The notes beneath the pieces were generated by a model. That model saw nothing but the letters and a program-made list of their open reading frames with translations. It did not search any database and was not told the DNA's origin. This document shows, piece by piece, positions 8,511-18,367 of a stretch of 64,000 bases of DNA (its first letter is position 1; the number at the start of each line of letters is the position of its first letter). Both the position numbers and the translations under genes were made by a program. The DNA comes from Blautia sp. (GTDB lineage: Bacteria; Bacillota; Clostridia; Lachnospirales; Lachnospiraceae): assembly GCA_017515325.1 (NCBI GenBank), contig JAFWGA010000036.1, forward strand, positions 20,516 to 84,515, in the 5' to 3' direction.

Positions 8511-10298
8511 ATGTTCGGGAAGGAATTTCAACGTAAATTTGCTCTGACGGAGCAGGGCGTTCATAATACGAAAATGGGGACGCTCTGGACGGTGATCGTC
8601 AACCTGGTCGTCATGGGCGGAATGGGCATCCTTTATCTCATGATGAACGGATTTATTGGCACTCTCACGGAAGGAAAACCACTGCCCGGCGTGCTGACCA
8701 TACTGCTTCTGGTCCTCGGGTTCCTGATCCTTTCTTTCTTCACACATTTACAGCAGTACAAGGCCACCTACGGTCTTGTTTACCGCGAAGTGAAAAATGT
8801 TCGGATATCACTGGCCGAGCGGCTTAGGAAACTCCCTCTCGGATATTTCGGCAAACGGGATCTTGCGGACCTGACGGAAACGATCATGGGTGACGTCAAC
8901 CGTCTGGAGCACGTCTGGTCCCACTGCCTGGGCTATCTTTACGGCTCTTATATTTCAACAGCGATCATTGCCATGATGCTCTTCGCCTATAACTGGAAGC
9001 TGGCGATTGCCTGCCTCTGGGGCGTACCGGTGGCATTCCTGCTGCTGTTCGGAAGCCGGAAGATGTCCGCACGCAATTCGGAAATCACAAAAGCTGCTGC
9101 CGTTCAGGTATCCGACGGTATTCAGGAAACTCTGGAAAACATCCGGGAGATCCGGGCGACCAATCAAGAAGACCGGTTTTTGAAAGCGCTGAATGATAAA
9201 ATCGATTACCATGAATCGAGAATGATCCATACAGAACTGACGAACGGCATTTTTGTCAATGCGGCCAGTGTAATCATGCGCCTTGGTGTTGCGACGACGA
9301 TCCTTGCCGGTACAGGCATGATCCTCTCCGGAGAGATCAGCTTCATGGTGCTGTTCATGTTCCTGCTGGTCATCACCCGCGTTTATGCGCCTTTTGACCA
9401 GGCCCTTGCGCTGATTGCCGAGATGTTCCTGTCACAGGTGTCTGCAGATCGGCTCATGGAGATCCATGATGCAAAGACGGCAGAGGGCAGTGAGAGCTTC
9501 TCGCCGGAAGGTCATGACATCGTGTTTGAAAACGTGGGCTTTGCTTACAAGGTGAATTCCGGCGAAGCCGGAAGAGAGGGCCCCCTTGGGGGCGACAATG
9601 AGCAGGTCTTAAGAGGTGCCAGCTTCACCGCAAAAGAGGGCGAAGTTACTGCGCTGGTCGGTCCTTCAGGCTCCGGAAAGAGTACCTGCGCCAGACTTGC
9701 AGCACGTCTCTGGGATATTGACAGCGGTACGATCAGGGTCGGCGGCGTGAATATTGCCGATATTGATCCCGAAACTCTGCTGTCGGACTATTCTATGGTT
9801 TTTCAGGATGTGGTGCTGTTTGACGATACGGTTATGGAAAACATCCGTCTGGGCAAGCACGGTGCAACGGATGAAGAAGTCCGTGCTGCGGCGAAGGCAG
9901 CTAACTGCGACGAATTTGTGGAGAAGCTGCCGCAGGGCTATGATACGCTCATAGGGGAGAACGGAGCCAGGCTCTCCGGAGGCGAACGCCAGCGGATCTC
10001 CATTGCCCGCGCCTTGTTGAAGGACGCACCGATCGTCCTTTTGGACGAGGCAACGGCCTCGCTTGATGTGGAGAACGAGACCAAAGTGCAGGGCGCTCTG
10101 TCGCGTCTTTTGACAGGTAAGACTGTCCTGGTCATTGCCCATCGGATGCGCACAGTGGAAGCGGCAGACAAGATCGTTGTTCTTAAAGACGGTAAAGTGG
10201 CCGAGGAAGGAAGTCCGGAGGAGCTCTTTGCCAGAGAAGGCGGTATGTTCCGCCGTATGACCGAACTGCAGGCTGCCAGCGCAGGCTGGACAATATAA
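8511..10298 (+). CDS. ABC transporter fused permease/ATPase, subunit 2 (YbtQ/IrtB-like)
   Basis: GAGGAGG RBS; GPSGSGKS, LSGGERQR, LLDEATA, IAHR. Confidence 0.9.
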   Translation: MFGKEFQRKFALTEQGVHNTKMGTLWTVIVNLVVMGGMGILYLMMNGFIGTLTEGKPLPGVLTILLLVLGFLILSFFTHLQQYKATYGLVYREVKNVRISLAERLRKLPLGYFGKRDLADLTETIMGDVNRLEHVWSHCLGYLYGSYISTAIIAMMLFAYNWKLAIACLWGVPVAFLLLFGSRKMSARNSEITKAAAVQVSDGIQETLENIREIRATNQEDRFLKALNDKIDYHESRMIHTELTNGIFVNAASVIMRLGVATTILAGTGMILSGEISFMVLFMFLLVITRVYAPFDQALALIAEMFLSQVSADRLMEIHDAKTAEGSESFSPEGHDIVFENVGFAYKVNSGEAGREGPLGGDNEQVLRGASFTAKEGEVTALVGPSGSGKSTCARLAARLWDIDSGTIRVGGVNIADIDPETLLSDYSMVFQDVVLFDDTVMENIRLGKHGATDEEVRAAAKAANCDEFVEKLPQGYDTLIGENGARLSGGERQRISIARALLKDAPIVLLDEATASLDVENETKVQGALSRLLTGKTVLVIAHRMRTVEAADKIVVLKDGKVAEEGSPEELFAREGGMFRRMTELQAASAGWTI

Positions 10299-10387
10299 CA
10301 AAAAGGAGAGCGGAACCCATGCAACTGACAACAAACTGTAACACTATATTTTGACTACGGATGCAAGAAAAAAGCGAGGGGAAATCC

Positions 10388-10642
10388 ATGATTAAAACGA
10401 CAATGAAAATAGACGGCATGATGTGCGGGATGTGCGAGGCGCACGTCTGTGATGCGATACGGAAAGCCGTTCCGGAAGCAAAGAAAGTCGTTGCCTCAAA
10501 AACCAAAAAGGAGGCCTCCTTTCTGACGGAGGAGGCAGTGAATGCCGATGACCTAAAAAACGCTATTGACGCTACGGGCTACACATGCTTAGGTGTTGAA
10601 TCGGCTCCCTATGAAAAGAAAGGCTTGTTTGGACGGAGATGA
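10388..10642 (+). CDS. Heavy-metal-associated domain protein (CopZ-like)
   Basis: IDGMMCGMC motif. Confidence 0.85.
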   Translation: MIKTTMKIDGMMCGMCEAHVCDAIRKAVPEAKKVVASKTKKEASFLTEEAVNADDLKNAIDATGYTCLGVESAPYEKKGLFGRR

Positions 10643-10821
10643 AAACGGTAATCTGGGGACTATTGATTCCCTTTATCGGTACGGTAGCCGGTGCCATGCT
10701 GTACGTGGTCGTGGAGGAGCTGATTCCGGAAATGTCTTCCGGGGAGTATTCCAATATCGGCGTTGTTTTTTTCGCCGTCGGTTTCAGCCTGATGATGGCG
10801 CTGGACGTGGCACTGGGATAA
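10639..10821 (+). pseudogene. ZIP (ZupT-like) metal transporter with large in-frame internal deletion
   Basis: ZIP N-terminus (WGLLIPFIGT) joined directly to the ZIP C-terminus (AGAMLYVVVEELIPE...MMALDVALG) in 60 aa. Confidence 0.8.
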
Positions 10822-10857
10822 GGAAGATGGTAAAGATCGTTTTTGGAGTGTGAAGAT

Positions 10858-10995
10858 ATGACTTCGAAAAGGTTTTTCACGCCGCCGTTTGAAACAGAGA
10901 AAAGCCTCATGCACAGATTGTCGGGAATGTATGAAGAGGTTCAGGTGACTACAGTGGAAGGCATCGGGTGTTTTCGGTGCAGTAAGAAAGCGTAG
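10858..10995 (+). pseudogene. Probable C-terminal fragment of a SAM-dependent methyltransferase
   Basis: FFTPPFETEKSLMHRLSGMYEEVQVTTVEGIGCFRC; recognised from memory only. Confidence 0.35.
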
Positions 10996-11023
10996 GAAGC
11001 CTCTTTTTGATGATCCCGGGGAA

Positions 11024-11329
11024 GTGGATCTGACGGGGATCGTTGTGGGGAACGGTGCTGTCATAGCGCGGGAGGTTGCGGATGTGACGATAGCCGCAGA
11101 GGATCTTAGCGAGCTGGTATGTCTGAAACGGCTGAGTGATGCACTGATGCAGCGCATCAACCGGAACTACCGTTTTGTTATGGGCTTTAACGGCACATTG
11201 ATCCTTCTCGGCGCTTTGGGGCTCCTGGCTTCCTCGGCGAGTGCTCTGCTGCATAATGTATCGACGATCCTTCTGAGTATGGATTGTCTTACCGAATTAT
11301 CGTCAACGACAGATGTAATATGCCTTTGA
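11024..11329 (+). pseudogene. C-terminal fragment of a heavy-metal P1B-type ATPase
   Basis: AVIAREVADVTI...RINRNYRFVMGFN...ALLHNVST. Confidence 0.8.
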
Positions 11330-11399
11330 CGATAAGCCTCCGGCAGGATCCGCACGGATCATAACATGCAGCAATAATATGACTGAAATACTGACGGGA

Positions 11400-11443
11400 G
11401 AAAGGGGCGTTTTTACCTGGCCTTGGTAAAAACGCCCCTTTTC
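11400..11443. terminator. Bidirectional terminator
   Basis: AAAGGGGCGTTTTTACC / GGTAAAAACGCCCCTTT inverted repeat between convergent genes. Confidence 0.75.
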
Positions 11444-11478
11444 TATGTGGCTATTCTGAAAAAAATCAGGGATATGGA

Positions 11479-13458
11479 TTACTTCATGATAGTTTCACCG
11501 GCAAGCTTACCGAAGACAACCGTGTCAACTACTGCGTTTCCACCAAGACGGTTTCCGCCATGGATTGCACCGGTTACCTCACCGGCAGCGACAAGACCCG
11601 GTATAACGTTGCCTTCTGTATCAAGGACATGACCCTCTGTATCAATATGAACGCCGCCCATGGTGTGATGCAGGCATGCCTGACGTGGGGTAGCAACCCA
11701 CGGACCGTTTTCCAGCTTGGTGCTGAAGAGAGTACGTCCAAATTCCGGATCGCTGTCATTCTCTACGCATTCGTTGAATTTCTCAACTGTTTCCTTCAGA
11801 TCTTCCGCTGTCATATTGGCTCCGGCAGCGTTCAGTTTTTCAGCCATCTCATCCAGTGTATCCGCAACATAAATGTATCCCTGCTCTTCCAGGAACCGGA
11901 GTGAGAATCCGTCAGCGGAGATTGCTTCGTCGATGTCTACATAATCGCCATCAGCGGATTCAAGGAAATAGAACATACCATCTGTCTGCTCCAGAGAAGC
12001 GAGGCAGATCTGGTCGCGGCGGCCATCCTCCTGGACAAAGCGTTTGCCTTCCTTGTTGATGAAAATTTCCTGGTCAGTGCCATTGACAACACGGGTGGGA
12101 TATTTGGTAAGCTGGCCATCCTTCAGATTGCCAAGATACAGAAGCTGAAGCTGATCCATCTGGATCAGGTCAGCGCCGATCTCCGTCGCCATTGTGATGC
12201 CGTCGCCCTGTGAGCAGGCCAGACGGTTGGTTGTCTTTACACCGCTTAGGTCTGCCCATTTGCCGGAGGTATTGTATTCCTGCGCCATCGCACTGTTTGC
12301 GGAGAACCCGCCAGTTGCCAGAACCACACCTTTGTTTGCATTAAAGGTGTAAGTGTTGCCGTTTACGTCGGTACCGGTAGCGCCGATTACCTTGCCCTCA
12401 TCATCCCGAATCAGGCTTTCTGCCTTGGTAGAAAGGACATAGGTCAGTTTATCACTGTAGTTTGCAAGCTGATTGACATATGTGGAGATGAAACCTGTGC
12501 CCATCTGCTTTATGGATGTATGAGTTCTCTGCCACAGAGAGCCTGCACCCTGACCAATCTTGTCGGCAAATTCCATGCCTTCTCCGACAACCCAGTCATA
12601 GCCAGCCTTGGCGTTGTATGTCAGGGTCTTTACCAGATCCAGGTCCGCGATGTCATCACCGCCATCATAGGTCTGAAGGGCAAACCATGCTTCTGAATCA
12701 AAGATATCTGTGCGTCCGGCTTCCAGATACGCCGCGTATTCTTCCGCTACAATATCCTGCAGCTCTTTATGCTCGTCAGACACCGGTTCTTTCGCCAGTG
12801 CGGCTTCAATCGTAGCTTTTTTCGCATCCGTCATGGTCTCGACAGACTGAAGAGCTTCATCCGGGCAGTTGTAGATCGCGCCGCAGACCAGGGTGTCACC
12901 ACCGACAGCGCCGCACTTTTCTACGACGATCACGCTCTCCGCGCCGGCTTCCAGTGCGGAAAGAGTAGCTGCAAGGCCTGATCCGCCGCCGCCGATTACA
13001 ACAACATCCGCTGTCATATCAAAAGCCTGCGGCTCCGGCTTCTCAGGAGCAACGTTCCATTCATCTATATTCGCTCCGGCCTGGGTAAGGGCATCTTTAA
13101 CGGCGCCTTTAATAGCTGCACTGGTAAAGGTAGCGCCGGACACACCATCTACGCCGATGGACTGTGCTTCCACTATACGAGCCGGAAGTACTGCAATGGG
13201 GGTTTCGCCTTCATAGCCCTCTTCTGTCAGAGGAGCGCCAATGCCAGGCGTTTCCTGATGGGATACGATCTCTACAGACTCAATCGCGTCCTCTGTGACG
13301 GTAACTGCTACGGTGACGAGATCATTCTGCCCCTGCATGGATCCTTCATAAGTGCCAGGGGTCATGGGAGTTTTTTCAACGCCCTCCTCTGCCATGGGGA
13401 AAGAAATGAGGCTGACCGCCATTGCAACGGTCAGAAGTAAAGCTAACACCTTACGCAT
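11479..13458 (-). CDS. Exported flavocytochrome c-type reductase with FMN-binding domain (fumarate/urocanate reductase family)
   Basis: Signal peptide; DGVSGAT flavinylation motif; GGGGSG FAD loop; HHTMGG; HGGNRLGGNA. Confidence 0.9.
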   Translation of the reverse strand: MRKVLALLLTVAMAVSLISFPMAEEGVEKTPMTPGTYEGSMQGQNDLVTVAVTVTEDAIESVEIVSHQETPGIGAPLTEEGYEGETPIAVLPARIVEAQSIGVDGVSGATFTSAAIKGAVKDALTQAGANIDEWNVAPEKPEPQAFDMTADVVVIGGGGSGLAATLSALEAGAESVIVVEKCGAVGGDTLVCGAIYNCPDEALQSVETMTDAKKATIEAALAKEPVSDEHKELQDIVAEEYAAYLEAGRTDIFDSEAWFALQTYDGGDDIADLDLVKTLTYNAKAGYDWVVGEGMEFADKIGQGAGSLWQRTHTSIKQMGTGFISTYVNQLANYSDKLTYVLSTKAESLIRDDEGKVIGATGTDVNGNTYTFNANKGVVLATGGFSANSAMAQEYNTSGKWADLSGVKTTNRLACSQGDGITMATEIGADLIQMDQLQLLYLGNLKDGQLTKYPTRVVNGTDQEIFINKEGKRFVQEDGRRDQICLASLEQTDGMFYFLESADGDYVDIDEAISADGFSLRFLEEQGYIYVADTLDEMAEKLNAAGANMTAEDLKETVEKFNECVENDSDPEFGRTLFSTKLENGPWVATPRQACLHHTMGGVHIDTEGHVLDTEGNVIPGLVAAGEVTGAIHGGNRLGGNAVVDTVVFGKLAGETIMK

Positions 13459-13777
13459 AATAATACCTCCTGTCTGTTAAGCTATCAGTTCTGCTTTTAT
13501 CCACATCCGTGGAAGGCTTTGTCAGTCTGCCCCAGAACGCCTGAACACAGCACTGGCTTTTTATCAATAATTACCAATTAAACTATATTCCTGTTTCCTT
13601 TTTTTGTCAATAGGGTTTAAATATATGTACAGATTACCCATAGGTACAGATATAAGTAGATCACTATTGAATAGATATATGTAGTAGCACATTATATAGT
13701 CAGATATCGACATAGAATTTCAATTTTCCTATATGCATTACTGATTGCCATTTCCGTTAAACGGTTATATTATATTT

Positions 13778-13963
13778 ATGATTCCAGTGCAAAAAGCCTG
13801 TTCCCACGGCAAGCTCGCTTGCCGGTGGGGACGAGGCTTTATTGCACGCCCCGATATGAGCATGAAGTGGGGCAGGGGTCCCACGGAATGCGAATATTGG
13901 GGAGGATTGTGGGAGCGCGAAGCGCGGAACAATCCGGAGGAATCATTTTTGCAGTAGAATCAT
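13778..13963. mobile_element. MITE-like element, about 186 bp, with 18-bp terminal inverted repeats
   Basis: Left ATGATTCCAGTGCAAAAA and right TTTTTGCAGTAGAATCAT (16/18 match); internal hairpin; partial copies at 15488 and 19801. Confidence 0.65.
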
Positions 13964-14034
13964 TTATGGCAAACGACAGTGAATCATATTACAGTATTTG
14001 ATGTGTTAACAAAGAAAAAAAGGAGGGAAAAAAT

Positions 14035-14574
14035 ATGATCTATGATTACACAATTACAACTGGAACCGGCGAAGAATTAAACCTGGCAGACTATAAGGGC
14101 AAGGTCATCATGGTGGTCAACACGGCTACAGGCTGCGGATTTACGCCGCAGTATGCACCGATTGAGCAGATGTACCGGGACTACCACGATCAGGGGCTGG
14201 AGATCCTTGATATCCCCTGCAACCAGTTCGGCGGTCAGGCGCCGGGAACGGATGACGAGATTCATGAGTTCTGTACCATGCATTTCAATACCACCTTCCC
14301 GCAGATGAAGAAAGCGGATGTGAATGGAGAGAACGAGCTGCCACTTTATACTTATCTGAAATCGCAGAAGGGCTTTGAGGGATTCGGTGAACATCAGTAT
14401 AAAGCTCTTTTGGAGAAGATGTTCTCCGAAGCCGATCCGGATTGGGACAAGAAGCCTGACATCAAGTGGAATTTCACTAAGTTCATTATTGACCGTGAAG
14501 GACGTGTTGTAGCGCGTTTTGAGCCCACGGCTGACATGGCGGAAGTGGAAGCCTGTGTAAAAGCATTGCTGTAA
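14035..14574 (+). CDS. gpx: Glutathione peroxidase family protein
   Basis: VNTATGCGFTPQY, PCNQFGGQ, IKWNFTKF. Confidence 0.95.
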   Translation: MIYDYTITTGTGEELNLADYKGKVIMVVNTATGCGFTPQYAPIEQMYRDYHDQGLEILDIPCNQFGGQAPGTDDEIHEFCTMHFNTTFPQMKKADVNGENELPLYTYLKSQKGFEGFGEHQYKALLEKMFSEADPDWDKKPDIKWNFTKFIIDREGRVVARFEPTADMAEVEACVKALL

Positions 14575-14866
14575 GGGAATATCTGCAAATGGAACTCTAA
14601 GCGGTCATACTCAGAAAAGACGGATTTACACCGGCGGAGCTCATACAATAAAACCGAATACTGTAAGCAGGCTGAGCATCGAGAATATCGCTGCTCAGCT
14701 TTTTTTCTACTCTGTTGCCGGATCCGCACAGCGTCTGACAAAGAATTCAGGTCATTGCCGGATATTACAAATGATGGTATATTGATTATGTTCAATCGGC
14801 ACAGATAACGAATCAACAAAATGAAGGCATTTTGCTCATTCGCTGAAAATCGATTTGTGAGGAGAA

Positions 14867-15475
14867 ATGGATATGACTGAAAAGGAAAAGATGCTAGCCG
14901 GAATGCTGTACGACCCTTCCGATCAGGAATTAAGCGCTTTATTGGTCAAGGCACGCAAGCTTGCAAGACGCTATAACCAGATAGATGAAGATGAGCCGGA
15001 AAAAAGGACTGCCGTGTTAAAGGAGCTGCTGTGCAATACGCCTAATCTGCCTTCTTTACAGGCGCCGATCTATTTTGATTATGGCTGCAACACCACCTTC
15101 GGCAAGTTTAGTAGTGCTAATTTCAACTTCACCTGTCTGGATGTCTGTCCGGTGCATATTGGCGATAACGTGATGATCGGTCCTAATGTGACTCTGGCTA
15201 CTCCCATGCACCCGCTGCTGCCGGAGGAGCGCAATGTCCGTCAGGATGAAAATGGACGCTTTTATAACCTGGAATATGCTAAGCCTATCACCATTGAGGA
15301 CAACTGCTGGCTGGCGTCCAATGTGATTGTCTGCGGAGGTGTGACCATTGGGGAAGGATCTGTGATTGGAGCGGGCAGTGTGGTAACCAGGAATATTCCC
15401 GCGCACAGCCTGGCAGCGGGAAATCCCTGTCGTGTGATACGAAAAGTAACGGATGCAGACAGAATGCAGCCCTGA
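14867..15475 (+). CDS. maa: Sugar (maltose/galactoside) O-acetyltransferase
   Basis: TEKEKMLAG, DYGCN, hexapeptide repeats, AGNPCRVI. Confidence 0.9.
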   Translation: MDMTEKEKMLAGMLYDPSDQELSALLVKARKLARRYNQIDEDEPEKRTAVLKELLCNTPNLPSLQAPIYFDYGCNTTFGKFSSANFNFTCLDVCPVHIGDNVMIGPNVTLATPMHPLLPEERNVRQDENGRFYNLEYAKPITIEDNCWLASNVIVCGGVTIGEGSVIGAGSVVTRNIPAHSLAAGNPCRVIRKVTDADRMQP

Positions 15476-15487
15476 ACTCGACACTGA

Positions 15488-15538
15488 TATATGATTTCAG
15501 GGCAAAAAGCCTGTTCCCCCGGCAGGCTTGCCTGCCGG
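15488..15538 (+). repeat. Truncated copy of the 13778 MITE family
   Basis: ATGATTTCAGGGCAAAAAGCCTGTTCCCCCGGCAGGCTTGCCTGCCGG. Confidence 0.7.
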
Positions 15539-15573
15539 ACTGAAAGATACATTTTGAGAGGAGGAGTACAAAG

Positions 15574-18261
15574 ATGCGGCGATTGATCAGGATATTGATT
15601 TTCTTATTCCTGCTGTCAGTTCCTGTTGACTATTGCTTCGCGGAAGATATTGACAGGGTAACCGGCAACTATATCCTTGTCATAGACAACAGCCTGAGTA
15701 CTTCCGGTGCACATTCCCTTGGCAGTGCGACGGATCCTGAAGGGCTTCGGTTTGACGCGGCAAGGCTGGTGTATGAAAATGTACGGTCATCTGCTCGGTC
15801 AGACACCAGCGGCAAGATAGCTGTTATCGTTTTTTGCGGACCAGAGAATTGTGTGGTATATGGGCCGATGGATATTGCTTCAGAACCGGAAGCCTTACAT
15901 GATGCGATAGGGCAGTACCTGACCGAACCGGCGAACCAGGATCGCCGTGATAATTATACGGATATCAGAACCGCTCTGGAAAAGGCTTACCGCATGATGT
16001 CAGACTGGCAGGGGGATACCAGCGTCTTTCTGCTGACGGATGGAGTGAATGACCTGACCAATCAGGCTGATCCTTTCCGTCAGCCTGAGAATATAGAAGC
16101 GAACAGGGAATCGGTTCTCATCGCGGAGAAAATGCGGGATCTTGGCGCATCCTTTTATGTGATTGCACTGACAGACCAGGATTCTCTTCAAGGCAAGGAG
16201 GATTTTCTTGCCTTCATCAATCAATTGGCTAAGGCAGGCGGAGGAAATATTCTGTCTGACGGTTCCTTCGGCAATGTTTTGATGACAACGCAAACCGATC
16301 TGGAGAGCAGGCTGCTGCAGCTGTTTGTCAGAGCGGAGAGCAAGGCTGCTGCCCAGACAATTGAACAGCTTTCCAATGAGGAATGGCCCTTCATTGTTCC
16401 TTACAATGGAATCAGAAAGGCGTCGGTGAACCTTACCTTTATGCCGGAGGATGGGGCCTGGATCAAAGCGATAGACCTGATTGCCCCTGATCAGACCGTC
16501 TACGCTCTGTATCAGGATGGAACCGCACAGCTGAGGGAAGACATTACAGTTACGGTGGATCGAAGCTACATGATCCTGGGAATTTCAGCCCCGGCTGCCG
16601 GAAAATGGCTGGTACGAGTGACAGGTGATAATGTACAGATACCTGTCAATATTGTCGTTCGCTTTGATCATAATCTTAGGCTGAAACACGATATTCCGGA
16701 AAGCTTTTCCGCTGATACGGAGCAGATCATTCATGTATGGCTGCAGCAATATAATGGCCAGGTTTATGAGAATCTGACAGACAGTGATATCTTTCGGCTT
16801 TCAACCGCTGCCCTGCGGTTAATTCCTCTTTCAGAAGAGAACAGGCCCATGGTGGTAAAGATGCAGCCTGAGAATGACCATTTTACCGCGAAGGTAGTAC
16901 TGAACAGGCCTGGGGAATGGAAAGCACAGGTTCGGATAGAGAATGATTATTATGTGGAACAGTGGGACGACATACCATTTACCCTTCTGGGAAATTCCGC
17001 TGCCCCCCTTGAAGCGGAAACAGATCTGTTTTCAGGTGGGGAAGATGACAGCCTGATTGGAGATACAGGTACCGATGAATACAACGTCCTGATTGCAGAT
17101 ACAGGCAGCGCTGAAGACGACGTCCTGATTGCAGATACAGGCAGCGCTGAAGACGACGTCCCTATTGCAGATACAGGCAGCGCTGAAGACAACGGCCTGG
17201 TTGTAAATACAGGCACCGATGAAGATGCGTTTTTATGGGAAGTGGAACCGGATGACAAGGCGGAAAAAATCACCGTTTCCTGGCTGGGAAACGGTGCGGA
17301 TGAAGCTGTGGCAGAATTGCGGGAAAAGGGATCGGATCTGCCGCTGATTTCCGGAATTCATTCTGGCGATTCCATTGATATAGCGGCTTTGGCAGAGGAA
17401 CAAGGATATACTCTCGCGATTATGGCATTTTCCGGGCCGGAAGACGACATAGCCTCTCCTCCGCCCATGCAGGAGCTTGAATTGGAGGTGATCCCAAATG
17501 CAGAGGAGATTGGCGGTGCAGTTCTGGCTGTCGCAGACGCAGTCATAAAGCTTGCCCCTTCTCTTCAGCTGGATCAGACGAATCTGACAAAAGTGGAAAC
17601 AGACGAAGGAAGTGCTTCGTCGGAATTTTCAGCAGATCAGATCGAAAACGAAAAATCCGGGTCAGCTTCCTCTTCTGAGCCGGCAGAGAACGAAGAAAAT
17701 ATGCTTCTCAGCGGTGAGAAAGCAGCAGAGGGCGGAATAAGCTCCCTTTTTGGAAATGCCCTGTCTGGTATTGCGGGGAAAGGGATGGCTTATTTCGCCG
17801 GTGCTGCTATTCTGGCAGTATTGCTTGCCGTTTTTTTCATTGGAAAATCACTTGGAGGGAAACGGGTGACCGGAAGGATGAAGATTACCTGTGATGCGAT
17901 TAATCTGGATATGCTTCTCCTTTTTGAAGGCCGTGGAAGGATAAAGGAAAATTCATACCTGACAGCACATCCGGATCTGGCAAAACGGAAGAACTCCAAG
18001 GCTTATGATGTCTTATCCCATGTAAAGGTAAGCATGGCAAAGGCTGATCATAAGGGACAGGTATCCGGAAGCGAAGTGACACATCTTCCCAACGAGGAGC
18101 TCATAAAGCTGACATACGACAATGCAGTGACCAAGGAGCAGGAGGTTTGCTATATCGGGCGGACAGATATAGGGGATTCTGTCCTGGAGCTCTATGATTT
18201 CGGAAGGCCCTATGAGGTTCATTTTAACGGCAATCTGAGTTTTGATGAGATCACAAGGTAG
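15574..18261 (+). CDS. Secreted VWA-domain protein with acidic repeats and a C-proximal TM helix
   Basis: Signal peptide; MIDAS LVIDNSLS...NYTDI...LLTDG; TM AYFAGAAILAVLLAVFFIG. Confidence 0.8.
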   Translation: MRRLIRILIFLFLLSVPVDYCFAEDIDRVTGNYILVIDNSLSTSGAHSLGSATDPEGLRFDAARLVYENVRSSARSDTSGKIAVIVFCGPENCVVYGPMDIASEPEALHDAIGQYLTEPANQDRRDNYTDIRTALEKAYRMMSDWQGDTSVFLLTDGVNDLTNQADPFRQPENIEANRESVLIAEKMRDLGASFYVIALTDQDSLQGKEDFLAFINQLAKAGGGNILSDGSFGNVLMTTQTDLESRLLQLFVRAESKAAAQTIEQLSNEEWPFIVPYNGIRKASVNLTFMPEDGAWIKAIDLIAPDQTVYALYQDGTAQLREDITVTVDRSYMILGISAPAAGKWLVRVTGDNVQIPVNIVVRFDHNLRLKHDIPESFSADTEQIIHVWLQQYNGQVYENLTDSDIFRLSTAALRLIPLSEENRPMVVKMQPENDHFTAKVVLNRPGEWKAQVRIENDYYVEQWDDIPFTLLGNSAAPLEAETDLFSGGEDDSLIGDTGTDEYNVLIADTGSAEDDVLIADTGSAEDDVPIADTGSAEDNGLVVNTGTDEDAFLWEVEPDDKAEKITVSWLGNGADEAVAELREKGSDLPLISGIHSGDSIDIAALAEEQGYTLAIMAFSGPEDDIASPPPMQELELEVIPNAEEIGGAVLAVADAVIKLAPSLQLDQTNLTKVETDEGSASSEFSADQIENEKSGSASSSEPAENEENMLLSGEKAAEGGISSLFGNALSGIAGKGMAYFAGAAILAVLLAVFFIGKSLGGKRVTGRMKITCDAINLDMLLLFEGRGRIKENSYLTAHPDLAKRKNSKAYDVLSHVKVSMAKADHKGQVSGSEVTHLPNEELIKLTYDNAVTKEQEVCYIGRTDIGDSVLELYDFGRPYEVHFNGNLSFDEITR
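17041..17220 (+). repeat. Five coding 36-bp tandem repeats (EDDVLIADTGSA)
   Basis: Directly visible, with no spacers. Confidence 0.9.
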
Positions 18262-18328
18262 CGGAAACAGCAGTAATTACGCAGGCCGGCAGCTCGTACT
18301 TGCTGCCTAAGGCAGTTCTGTTAAAACG

Positions 18329-18363
18329 AGGCGGGGCAGAGATCTGGTATCTCTGCCCCGCCT
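18329..18363. terminator. Bidirectional terminator hairpin
   Basis: AGGCGGGGCAGAGAT / ATCTCTGCCCCGCCT. Confidence 0.7.
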
Positions 18364-18367
18364 GGTT

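Noticed and set aside
17041-17220. 36-bp repeats as CRISPR
   Set aside because: Head-to-tail, in-frame coding repeats without spacers.
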